A DNA stretch of 32,000 nucleotides from positions 1,710,001 to 1,742,000 of the forward strand of contig OY776328.1 of NCBI GenBank assembly GCA_963675515.1, read 5' to 3'. This document shows, one piece after another, positions 8,563-16,009 of the stretch. The first letter of the stretch is position 1; every line of letters starts with the position of its first letter. This stretch comes from Coprobacillaceae bacterium (GTDB lineage: Bacteria; Bacillota_I; Bacilli_A; Erysipelotrichales; Coprobacillaceae). Both the position numbers and the translations under genes were made by a program. The notes beneath the pieces are model-generated. The model saw nothing but the letters and a program-made list of their open reading frames with translations. It ran no database searches and was not told where the DNA came from.

Positions 8563-9696
8563 ATGATTTATTTAGATTATGCGGCGACCACGCCGGTATC
8601 GGATGAGATCGCAAAAGCCAACAATCAGCTTGTTGAAAAATATTTTTACAACAGCGAAAGCCTCTACCTCCAGGGAATCGAGGTCAACCGGCTCCAGGAA
8701 AAATCCCGCTCCAATATCGCCGCCTTGTTGAATGTCACGCCAGAAGAGCTGATATTCACCAGCGGAGGAAGCGAGTCCAACAATATGGCCCTCAAAGGGA
8801 TAGCTCTTAAATACATGAACCGGGGCCGGCACATAATTTCTTCGAAGGTCGAACATTCCTCGATCATGGCCACTCTTGATTTTCTCAAGATGTATTTCAA
8901 TTTCGAGGTTACCTATCTTCCAGTCGACAAGAGCGGAAAGATAAATCCCGCCGATCTCCAGGAATCTTTCAGGGAAGATACAATCCTGGTGAGTCTCATG
9001 CATGTAAACAACGAGGTGGGGGCGATCAATCCACTGGAAGAAATCAAGGCGATTGTGGCCAGCCATCCCAGATGTTTCCTGCATGTCGACATGGTCCAGT
9101 CGCTAGGGAAAATCAACTGCGACCTCAAAGGCATCGACCTGGCTTCATTTTCGGCCCACAAGATTCATGGTCTCAAGGGATCCGGCCTGCTGTTCAGGCG
9201 CAAAGGGATCAATCTCGAACCGCTGATCCATGGTGGCAACCAGGAATTTGGAATCAGGGCGGGGACCCATAACGCACCCGCCAACATCATCTTCGCCAAG
9301 ACAATCAAAATGGCAATGGCAAACCAATTGCGCCATTTCGAGCATACAAAGAAACTCAAAAGTCACTTGATCGAGCAGGTTTCCAACATCGATGATATGG
9401 TTGTGATAAGCAGCGATGACTGTCTGCCTTCGATCGTGTCTCTGGCGATGGTCGGTTACAAGCCCGAGGTCATCTTGCATGAGCTAGAATCATCCGGTCT
9501 TTTGATTTCGACCAAGTCGGCTTGTTCCACGAAAAATCCAGGAGTATCCAGGGTGATCGAACAACTTGGTTTAAGCCCCCAAGTGGCCTCAAGCGCTTTT
9601 AGGGTGTCTTTTTCACTCGAAACCAGCCTCGAGGATGTCTCCCTTTTGGCCAAGGCCCTAAAAGAAATAAAAGAAAATATCAGAAAAAGCAGGTAA
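8563..9696 (+). CDS. cysteine desulfurase (class V aminotransferase, NifZ/IscS-like, ThiI partner)
   Basis: MIYLDYAATTP, PLP-lysine motif SFSAHKIHGLKG and active-site Cys loop STKSACSTK. It sits immediately upstream of thiI, as nifZ-thiI does in Bacillus. Confidence 0.88.
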   Translation: MIYLDYAATTPVSDEIAKANNQLVEKYFYNSESLYLQGIEVNRLQEKSRSNIAALLNVTPEELIFTSGGSESNNMALKGIALKYMNRGRHIISSKVEHSSIMATLDFLKMYFNFEVTYLPVDKSGKINPADLQESFREDTILVSLMHVNNEVGAINPLEEIKAIVASHPRCFLHVDMVQSLGKINCDLKGIDLASFSAHKIHGLKGSGLLFRRKGINLEPLIHGGNQEFGIRAGTHNAPANIIFAKTIKMAMANQLRHFEHTKKLKSHLIEQVSNIDDMVVISSDDCLPSIVSLAMVGYKPEVILHELESSGLLISTKSACSTKNPGVSRVIEQLGLSPQVASSAFRVSFSLETSLEDVSLLAKALKEIKENIRKSR

Positions 9697-9698
9697 AA

Positions 9699-10898
9699 AT
9701 GGAAGCAAATTATATATTAGTCCGCTTTGGTGAATTGACAACCAAGGGAAAAAATCGCAAAATGTTCACCAGAAAGCTGTTGAAAAACACCAAGGAACAG
9801 CTCGAATCATTTCCGGATCTGACCTATCAGCTCCAACATGACCGGATGTATGTGATCCTGAACAACACCGATCAAAAACAGGTCGTCGCCAGGTTGAAGA
9901 ATGTCTTTGGGATCCACTCGTTCTCGGTTGCCTACAAGGTGGAAAAGGATCTGGAAAAAGCCAAAGAGGTTGTGGTCAGGATCATCGATGACAATCCCGG
10001 ATCGACTTTCAAGATTGACACAAGACGTTCCGACAAAACCTTCCCGGGGTCTTCGCTAGAAATCAACCGCGAGATCGCCGGTCATGTCTTCCACAACACC
10101 AAAAAGGAACTCAAGGTGAACGTCATCGATCCTGAAATCCTGGTGCGGGTGGAAATCCGCCATGATGCGATCTATGTCATGGATAACACAATCAAAGGTG
10201 CGGGCGGGTATCCCGTTGGTGTCGGGGGAAAAGCCCTGCTAATGTTAAGCGGGGGGATTGATTCGCCTGTAGCTGGTTATCTTACAATGAAACGGGGCGT
10301 CGATATCGAATGCGTCCATTTCGCGGCGCCGCCGTACACCAATGATTTTGCCAGGCAGAAGGTGATCGACCTGGCCGATGTCCTGCGACACTTCGGCCAC
10401 GGTACAATCAAAGTCCACGTGATTCCGTTCACCCGGCTCCAGCTGGCGGTGTATGACAATTGTGACGAATCATACGCAATGACGGTCATGAGAAGGATGA
10501 TGTACCGGGTATGCGAGTTGCTCGCCGCCAAAAACGACTGCCTTGTCCTTGTCAACGGGGAAAGTATCGGTCAGGTCGCATCCCAGACACTTCACTCGAT
10601 GGCGACAATCAACGAGGTGATCACAACTCCGGTGATCCGCCCGGTTGTCTGCCTTGACAAGCTGGAGATCATCGAAATCGCCAAAAAAATTGCGACTTAT
10701 GACATTTCGATAAGGCCGCACGAGGATTGCTGCACAATCTTCACGCCAAAGCAGCCAGCCACAAAACCGACCCGGATCAAAGCGGCCAAATACGAATCTT
10801 CATTTGATTTCGATACGCTGGTTAACGAATGTGTCGACCATGTGGAGACCCTGATTATCAACGATGACTATTTCAAAACCGACGAGGATTTCTTTTAA
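9699..10898 (+). CDS. thiI: tRNA 4-thiouridine(8) synthase / thiamine biosynthesis protein ThiI
   Basis: N-terminal ferredoxin-like plus THUMP region (ILVRFGELTTKGKNRKMF) and PP-loop SGGIDSPVAGY. At 399 aa it has no rhodanese domain, as in Bacilli. Confidence 0.92.
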   Translation: MEANYILVRFGELTTKGKNRKMFTRKLLKNTKEQLESFPDLTYQLQHDRMYVILNNTDQKQVVARLKNVFGIHSFSVAYKVEKDLEKAKEVVVRIIDDNPGSTFKIDTRRSDKTFPGSSLEINREIAGHVFHNTKKELKVNVIDPEILVRVEIRHDAIYVMDNTIKGAGGYPVGVGGKALLMLSGGIDSPVAGYLTMKRGVDIECVHFAAPPYTNDFARQKVIDLADVLRHFGHGTIKVHVIPFTRLQLAVYDNCDESYAMTVMRRMMYRVCELLAAKNDCLVLVNGESIGQVASQTLHSMATINEVITTPVIRPVVCLDKLEIIEIAKKIATYDISIRPHEDCCTIFTPKQPATKPTRIKAAKYESSFDFDTLVNECVDHVETLIINDDYFKTDEDFF

Positions 10899-10926
10899 AC
10901 CAGGCATTTTTTGCTTGGTTTTTTTC
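10898..10926 (+). terminator. rho-independent terminator after thiI
   Basis: aaccaggc (10898-10905), loop atttttt, gcttggtt (10913-10920, one G.U pair), followed by a T-run. Confidence 0.65.
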
Positions 10927-10991
10927 TTTAAGTAACACATCAATTAATCAAAGTATAAGAATACAAAAGCATTATTTTGCCTAAAAAATGG

Positions 10992-11020
10992 TTGATAGCA
11001 CTTTCATGTTGTGATAAAAT
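10992..11020 (+). promoter_or_regulatory. putative sigma-A promoter of the hydrogenase operon
   Basis: -35 TTGATA (10992-10997), 17-nt spacer, extended -10 TGaTAAAAT (11012-11020), about 20 nt upstream of the RBS ggtgag. Confidence 0.5.
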
Positions 11021-11039
11021 TAACGATAGAGGTGAGATA

Positions 11040-11534
11040 ATGAAAAAATTAAAAGAAGAGTACTTGGTTAGAATCGATGAGATCGTCAAGATGCATCAGG
11101 ACAAACCCGGTCCGGTAAAATTGATGCTTCATGATGTCCAAAAAGAGATGGGTTACATTCCTTTTGAGGCGATTGAAGCCATATCAGAGGCAACGAATCG
11201 TTCGGCAGCGGACATCTATGGAGTTGTCACATTCTATTCCCAGTTCACAACTGAACCAAAGGGAAAACATGTGATTGGCGTGTGTCTGGGTACTGCTTGC
11301 TACGTAAATGGTTCACAGACTATTTTGGATTTGCTTAGTGAAATGACAGGTTGCCCGGTAAACGGTACAAGTAGCGATGGTCTGTTTTCAATCGATGCGA
11401 CCCGTTGTGTAGGTGCCTGCGGTTTGGCTCCGGTTGTAAGTGTCGATGAGACCGTTTTTGGTTGCCAAAAACAGCTGGAAGAATTGAAAATGCTGGTGCT
11501 CAACTACATCAAAGAAGAACGGGTTAATGCATAA
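11040..11534 (+). CDS. hydC: NuoE-like [2Fe-2S] subunit of NAD(P)H-linked [FeFe]-hydrogenase (HydC-type)
   Basis: Thioredoxin-like [2Fe-2S] motif CLGTAC...CVGACGLAPV (Cx4C...Cx3C), as in NuoE/HoxE. Start is at the ATG at 11040 after ggtgagata. The 10977 start in the track lacks an RBS. Confidence 0.85.
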   Translation: MKKLKEEYLVRIDEIVKMHQDKPGPVKLMLHDVQKEMGYIPFEAIEAISEATNRSAADIYGVVTFYSQFTTEPKGKHVIGVCLGTACYVNGSQTILDLLSEMTGCPVNGTSSDGLFSIDATRCVGACGLAPVVSVDETVFGCQKQLEELKMLVLNYIKEERVNA

Positions 11535-11955
11535 GGATTTCTCGTTGCATCTTCTTGAGCTGGTAATCAACAGCATCAATGCTTCATCATCGCATATTGT
11601 CGTTACTATTACAACTGCCCCTTTGACCTTGAAAATAGTTGATAATGGTACCTCGATCATGAAGGAGTATTCCAATGAGCTTATTGGGACCGATCATGGT
11701 CTGGGTCATTTTTCATTTTTCATGCAGGGCAAGGGCAGTTACTCGATCAGACCGATTGAACAAGGCACGGAAGTTCTTGCCATGTTCAATCAGGAAATCC
11801 CCCTTGGTGATTTGAAAGCGACAATTTTGACGTCATTTTTGACAAATCACGAAGTTTCAATCCGCTATGAGATTGACCAGGAAGTTTATCAGTTGGAAAA
11901 AGACAAGTCGAATCTAGATAAGAATATTAAGGAGTTATTAAATGAAAACAGTTGA
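11527..11955 (+). CDS. small GHKL (histidine-kinase-like) ATPase-domain protein, function unknown
   Basis: 142 aa. N-box-like ELVINSINA, G1-like IVDNGTS and G2-like DHGLGH. There is no HisKA or sensor domain. Its start overlaps the hydC stop by 8 nt, and its stop overlaps the next start by 14 nt. Confidence 0.6.
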   Translation: MHKDFSLHLLELVINSINASSSHIVVTITTAPLTLKIVDNGTSIMKEYSNELIGTDHGLGHFSFFMQGKGSYSIRPIEQGTEVLAMFNQEIPLGDLKATILTSFLTNHEVSIRYEIDQEVYQLEKDKSNLDKNIKELLNENS

Positions 11956-12307
11956 AGAACTAAATCAACTGCGCACCAAAGCCAGAAACAAGATGGAAAT
12001 GCGCCTTGACGATGGACACGACTACTTTGTGGTTGTTGCCATGGGTACCGCCGGCATCGCAGCGGGCGCGCGCAATGTTTTGCTCAAGTTAGTGAAACAA
12101 GTCCATGAATTGAAAATCAATGCTTTGGTTAGCCAGGATGGAGAAATTGAAGTGACCGGTTTTGAACCATTGGTCAAGGTGGTGGACACCCAAGGAAATC
12201 AGGTTGTTTATAAAAACGTGGATGTGACAATGGTTGACCAGATTGTTGCCAAACACCTCCAAAACAATCAAGTGATTGAAGAATATCTGCTTCAGGAGGG
12301 CCGATAG
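11942..12307 (+). CDS. thioredoxin-like ferredoxin-fold protein (HydD-like) lacking all cysteines
   Basis: 121 aa. The segment FVVVAMGTAGIAAGARNV...VTGFEPLVKVV...VDQIVAKHL aligns by eye with the N-terminal [2Fe-2S] domain of the downstream NuoF-like protein (QVVVCAGTGCTIGNSGEL...TGCLGLCGVGPNVAVY...IKEIVTEHF). The protein contains zero Cys. Confidence 0.55.
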   Translation: MKTVEELNQLRTKARNKMEMRLDDGHDYFVVVAMGTAGIAAGARNVLLKLVKQVHELKINALVSQDGEIEVTGFEPLVKVVDTQGNQVVYKNVDVTMVDQIVAKHLQNNQVIEEYLLQEGR

Positions 12308-12308
12308 G

Positions 12309-14096
12309 ATGGAAAGAATCCAAGTCGTAGTCTGTGCGGGTACCGGGTGTACTATCGGTAACTCAGGCGAACTTATTGAAAAATTCAAAGAGGAAATCAA
12401 GCATGCCGGGATGGAAAACGAGATCAGCGTTGTCAAAACCGGATGTCTGGGATTGTGCGGGGTCGGTCCAAACGTGGCTGTCTATCCTGACAACATCATC
12501 TACAAGACAGTCGGTGTCGAGGACATCAAGGAAATCGTAACTGAGCATTTCCTCAAAGGCCGTCCGGTTCAAAAGAAAATGCTTAACGATGTCAAGGACG
12601 GGAAAGTCATGGACATCAATCATTCATCTTTCTATGCCAAACAAAAACGGATCGCGCTTAACAACTGCGGTGTAATCGACCCTGAAAACATCGAAGAGTA
12701 CATCGCCAAGGACGGTTACCAGGCTTTGGCCAAAGTGCTCACTTCAATGTCAAAGCAGGAAGTAATCGATGAAGTTCTCGCATCAGGACTTCGCGGACGC
12801 GGTGGCGGTGGCTTCCCGGCCGGGAAAAAATGGCAATTCGCCCATGACCAGCCTGTCGAACAGAAATACGTCATCTGCAACGCCGATGAAGGGGATCCGG
12901 GTGCCTTCATGGACCGTTCAATTCTTGAAGGGAATCCTCACAGTGTCATCGAAGCGATGGCGATTGCCGCCTATGCAATCGGTGCCAACTATGGTTACAT
13001 CTATATCAGGGCCGAATACCCGATCGCGGTACAACGCCTTGAAGTCGCAATCGAACAGGCTCAACAAATGGGACTGCTTGGCAAAGATATTTTTGGCAGC
13101 GGATTCGATTTCGAATTGGAAATCCGTCTTGGAGCCGGTGCCTTTGTCTGCGGTGAAGAGACTGCATTGATCCGCTCGATTGAAGGTCATCGCGGGATGC
13201 CACAGCCAAAACCGCCATTCCCGGCTGTTTCAGGTGTCTGGGGCAAACCGACAATCATCAACAACGTGGAGACATACGCTAATATCGCCCAGATCATCCT
13301 TAAGGGAAGCAAATGGTTCTCATCAATCGGAACTCCGGCATCTACAGGAACGAAAGTGTTCGCCCTTGGTGGTAAAATCAAAAATACAGGACTGGTTGAA
13401 GTTCCAATGGGGACAACCCTGCGCGAAGTCATCTATGATATCGGTGGCGGGTGCCCTAATGGCAAGGAATTCAAAGCCGTGCAGACCGGTGGCCCTTCAG
13501 GCGGATGTCTGACCAAGGAACATCTTGACACGCCAATCGGATTCGACGAACTTCTTTCTCTGGGTTCGATGATGGGATCGGGCGGAATGATTGTCCTTGA
13601 CGAGGACAACTGCATGGTCGACGTGGCCCGCTTCTATCTTGATTTCATCGTTGATGAAAGCTGCGGAAAATGTACGCCTTGTCGGATCGGAACAAAACGC
13701 CTTTACGAACTGCTCGAGTCGATCACCAAAGGTGAGGGGACTCAGGAAACTCTTGACGAACTGATGACCCTGTCTCAAGTGATCAAGGACACTTCCCTAT
13801 GCGGGTTGGGTCAGACCGCACCAAATCCGGTCCTGTCGACTTTAAGACTGTTCGGGGATGAATATAAGGCCCATATTGAAGACCAGAAATGTCCGGCTGG
13901 AGTCTGCAAGGACTTGTTAAGCTATATTATTGACCCTGAACTGTGCCGCAAATGCGGGTTGTGCGCTAAGCAGTGTCCAGTGGGCGCTATTAGCGGAGAA
14001 CTTGGAAAAGCGGTATATGTTATCGACCAGGAAAAATGTATCAAATGTGGCCAATGTATAAGCGCATGTCATTTCAAAGCAATCGAAAGGAGATAG
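12309..14096 (+). CDS. hydB: NuoF-like NAD(P)H/FMN-binding subunit of [FeFe]-hydrogenase (HydB-type)
   Basis: N-terminal Trx-like 2Fe-2S domain. FMN and NADH motifs GRGGGGFPAGKKW and CNADEGDPGAF. N3-type cluster motif ESCGKCTPCRIG...SLCGLGQTAP. C-terminal 2x[4Fe-4S] ferredoxin domain (CRKCGLCAKQCP, CIKCGQCISACH). Start is at the ATG at 12309, 8 nt after aggaggg. Confidence 0.9.
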   Translation: MERIQVVVCAGTGCTIGNSGELIEKFKEEIKHAGMENEISVVKTGCLGLCGVGPNVAVYPDNIIYKTVGVEDIKEIVTEHFLKGRPVQKKMLNDVKDGKVMDINHSSFYAKQKRIALNNCGVIDPENIEEYIAKDGYQALAKVLTSMSKQEVIDEVLASGLRGRGGGGFPAGKKWQFAHDQPVEQKYVICNADEGDPGAFMDRSILEGNPHSVIEAMAIAAYAIGANYGYIYIRAEYPIAVQRLEVAIEQAQQMGLLGKDIFGSGFDFELEIRLGAGAFVCGEETALIRSIEGHRGMPQPKPPFPAVSGVWGKPTIINNVETYANIAQIILKGSKWFSSIGTPASTGTKVFALGGKIKNTGLVEVPMGTTLREVIYDIGGGCPNGKEFKAVQTGGPSGGCLTKEHLDTPIGFDELLSLGSMMGSGGMIVLDEDNCMVDVARFYLDFIVDESCGKCTPCRIGTKRLYELLESITKGEGTQETLDELMTLSQVIKDTSLCGLGQTAPNPVLSTLRLFGDEYKAHIEDQKCPAGVCKDLLSYIIDPELCRKCGLCAKQCPVGAISGELGKAVYVIDQEKCIKCGQCISACHFKAIERR

Positions 14097-14102
14097 ACCG
14101 GA

Positions 14103-15851
14103 ATGGGAAAAATAAAAGTCAAAATAAATAATCGTGAATATGAAGCCAACGCCGGCCAAACAATTCTCAATGTTGCTCGCGAAAACAATATCCATATTCC
14201 AACCTTATGCCATTTAAAAGATCTGACCGGAACGGGTTCATGCCGCGTGTGTCAGGTTGAAATCAAAGGGATGAACAAGCTTGTCGCATCTTGCGTTTAC
14301 CCGGTTACTGACGGGATGGAAATCAAGACGAATTCAAAAAAGGCGATGGATGCCCGCAAGCAGATCCTCGAGCTTATCGTTTCAAACCACTCGAAGGATT
14401 GTTTGAGCTGCATCCGCAATACAAACTGTGAATTGCAAAGATTATGCCAGGAAACAGGTGTCCGTGAAGATGCCTATGCCGGAAGCAAGACAACACCATC
14501 ATTCGATGATGTCGCGCCAGGAATTGTCCGCGACACCTCAAAATGTATCCTTTGCGGTCGCTGCGTGGCGGCTTGCCAGAAAATGCAGGGGATTGGAATT
14601 TTGGGATTCCAAAACCGTGGTTTCAAGACCAAAATCGGACCGGTTTACGACCGTTCTTTCGCCGATGTCAACTGCATCGAATGCGGTCAGTGCATCAACG
14701 TGTGTCCGGTAGGGGCATTGTATGAAAAAGAGGAAATCCATCATGTAATCAACGCTTTGGATGATCCTGAGACATATGTGGTTGTCCAGACAGCGCCGGC
14801 AGTACGTGCCAGCCTTGGTGAGGAATTCGGAATGCCGATTGGGACCCGGGCGACTGGAAAAATGGTTTCCGCGCTCAAACTGATGGGATTCGACCGTGTC
14901 TATGACACGAACTTCGGAGCCGATCTTACCATCATGGAAGAAGCTACCGAATTCATCAACCGCGTTAAAACCGGCGGAGTGTTGCCACAGATCACATCTT
15001 GTTCGCCAGGTTGGATCAACTACTGTGAAATGGAATATCCAGAACTTCTGGACAATCTTTCAACATGCAAATCACCACACATGATGCTAGGAGCGATGAT
15101 CAAGTCGCGCTTCGCGGATGTCAACAACATCCCTAAAGAAAAAATCGTGACTGTTTCAATCATGCCATGTATCGCCAAAAAAGGCGAGGCCCGTCGTGAG
15201 GAGAATCTGGTTGACGGTGTTCAGGACATCGATTATGTCCTGACTACCCGGGAACTTGGCAAACTGATCAAGATGTACGGAATCGACTTCAAGGCCCTTG
15301 AAGATGAACAATACGACCAGGATCTGTTTGGTGAATATACTGGTGCAGCGGTAATCTTCGGGGTATCCGGAGGAGTTATGGAAGCGGCTTTGAGAACTGC
15401 AAAAGACGTTCTAGAAGACGGAGACTTCCAGCAGATCGAATACACCCAGGTCCGTGGTGAACATGGCCTCAAAGAAGCGAGCATTGAAATTGCGGGTATG
15501 CAGATCAATGTCGCGGTGGCCCATTCGATGAAATTGGCCAAACCGCTTCTTGAAGACATCAAGAATGGGGTTTCGAAATATCACTTTATCGAAATCATGG
15601 GTTGCCCTGGTGGATGCGTCAACGGTGGAGGACAGTCTTATGTCCCAGCCCAGATCCGCAACAGCGGCATCGACTATATGACATTAAGAGCCAAAGCCCT
15701 GTTTGCCGAAGATGAGGCGCAAAAGGTCCGCAAATCTCATCAGAACACCCAGGTGCAAAACCTTTATAAAGAATTCTTGAAGGAGCCAAACAGCGACGTG
15801 GCCCATCATTATCTCCACACTCACTACCACAAGAAACCAAGATTCAAATAA
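14103..15851 (+). CDS. hydA: [FeFe]-hydrogenase catalytic subunit (HydA, M3-type domain layout)
   Basis: N-terminal 2Fe-2S domain (CHLKDLTGTGSCRVCQVEI), a His-ligated 4Fe-4S region (NHSKDCLSCIRNTNC) and 2x[4Fe-4S] (CILCGRCVAACQ, CIECGQCINVCP). H-cluster motifs are L1 TSCSPGW (non-canonical), L2 MPCIAKKGE and L3 EIMGCPGGCVNGGGQ. C-terminal tail RKSHQN..LYKEFL..HHYLHTHY. Confidence 0.9.
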   Translation: MGKIKVKINNREYEANAGQTILNVARENNIHIPTLCHLKDLTGTGSCRVCQVEIKGMNKLVASCVYPVTDGMEIKTNSKKAMDARKQILELIVSNHSKDCLSCIRNTNCELQRLCQETGVREDAYAGSKTTPSFDDVAPGIVRDTSKCILCGRCVAACQKMQGIGILGFQNRGFKTKIGPVYDRSFADVNCIECGQCINVCPVGALYEKEEIHHVINALDDPETYVVVQTAPAVRASLGEEFGMPIGTRATGKMVSALKLMGFDRVYDTNFGADLTIMEEATEFINRVKTGGVLPQITSCSPGWINYCEMEYPELLDNLSTCKSPHMMLGAMIKSRFADVNNIPKEKIVTVSIMPCIAKKGEARREENLVDGVQDIDYVLTTRELGKLIKMYGIDFKALEDEQYDQDLFGEYTGAAVIFGVSGGVMEAALRTAKDVLEDGDFQQIEYTQVRGEHGLKEASIEIAGMQINVAVAHSMKLAKPLLEDIKNGVSKYHFIEIMGCPGGCVNGGGQSYVPAQIRNSGIDYMTLRAKALFAEDEAQKVRKSHQNTQVQNLYKEFLKEPNSDVAHHYLHTHYHKKPRFK

Positions 15852-15856
15852 TATTC

Positions 15857-15889
15857 AAACAAAGCTTAAGTAAAATTAAGCTTTGTTTT
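15857..15889 (+). terminator. rho-independent terminator of the hydrogenase operon
   Basis: Perfect 13-bp stem aaacaaagcttaa (15857-15869), loop gtaaaa, ttaagctttgttt (15876-15888), running into T residues. Confidence 0.7.
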
Positions 15890-15960
15890 CATGATGTTTA
15901 ATAAGTTAAAAAATTATCAAGAAATGACAAAAATAATCATGCAATTGTTACACATATCTG

Positions 15961-15990
15961 TTGTAATGTTAATGGCGATTTTGTTATAAT
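15961..15990 (+). promoter_or_regulatory. putative sigma-A promoter of ackA
   Basis: -35 TTGTAA/TGTAAT (15961-15967), 17-18-nt spacer, extended -10 TGtTATAAT (15982-15990), 20 nt upstream of the ATG. Confidence 0.45.
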
Positions 15991-16009
15991 CTTGCCCGGA
16001 GGTTTTTAT

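Noticed and set aside
10977-11039. N-terminal extensions proposed by the ORF track (10977 for hydC, 1078 for the YtxH-like gene, 12276 for hydB, 15992 for ackA, 27585 for ylxM, 5040 for truB, 5013 for the TtcA-like gene).
   Set aside because: Each extension lacks an RBS, often uses a non-ATG start or overlaps the preceding gene. In every case an internal ATG with a good Shine-Dalgarno sequence gives the conserved family N-terminus.
15940-15990. A possible CcpA cre site near the ackA promoter (tgttaca, tgtaatgttaatgg repeats).
   Set aside because: None of the TGTxA-type repeats has the central CG or the pseudo-palindromic TGWAANCGNTNWCA layout of a cre box. The resemblance is limited to AT-rich promoter sequence.
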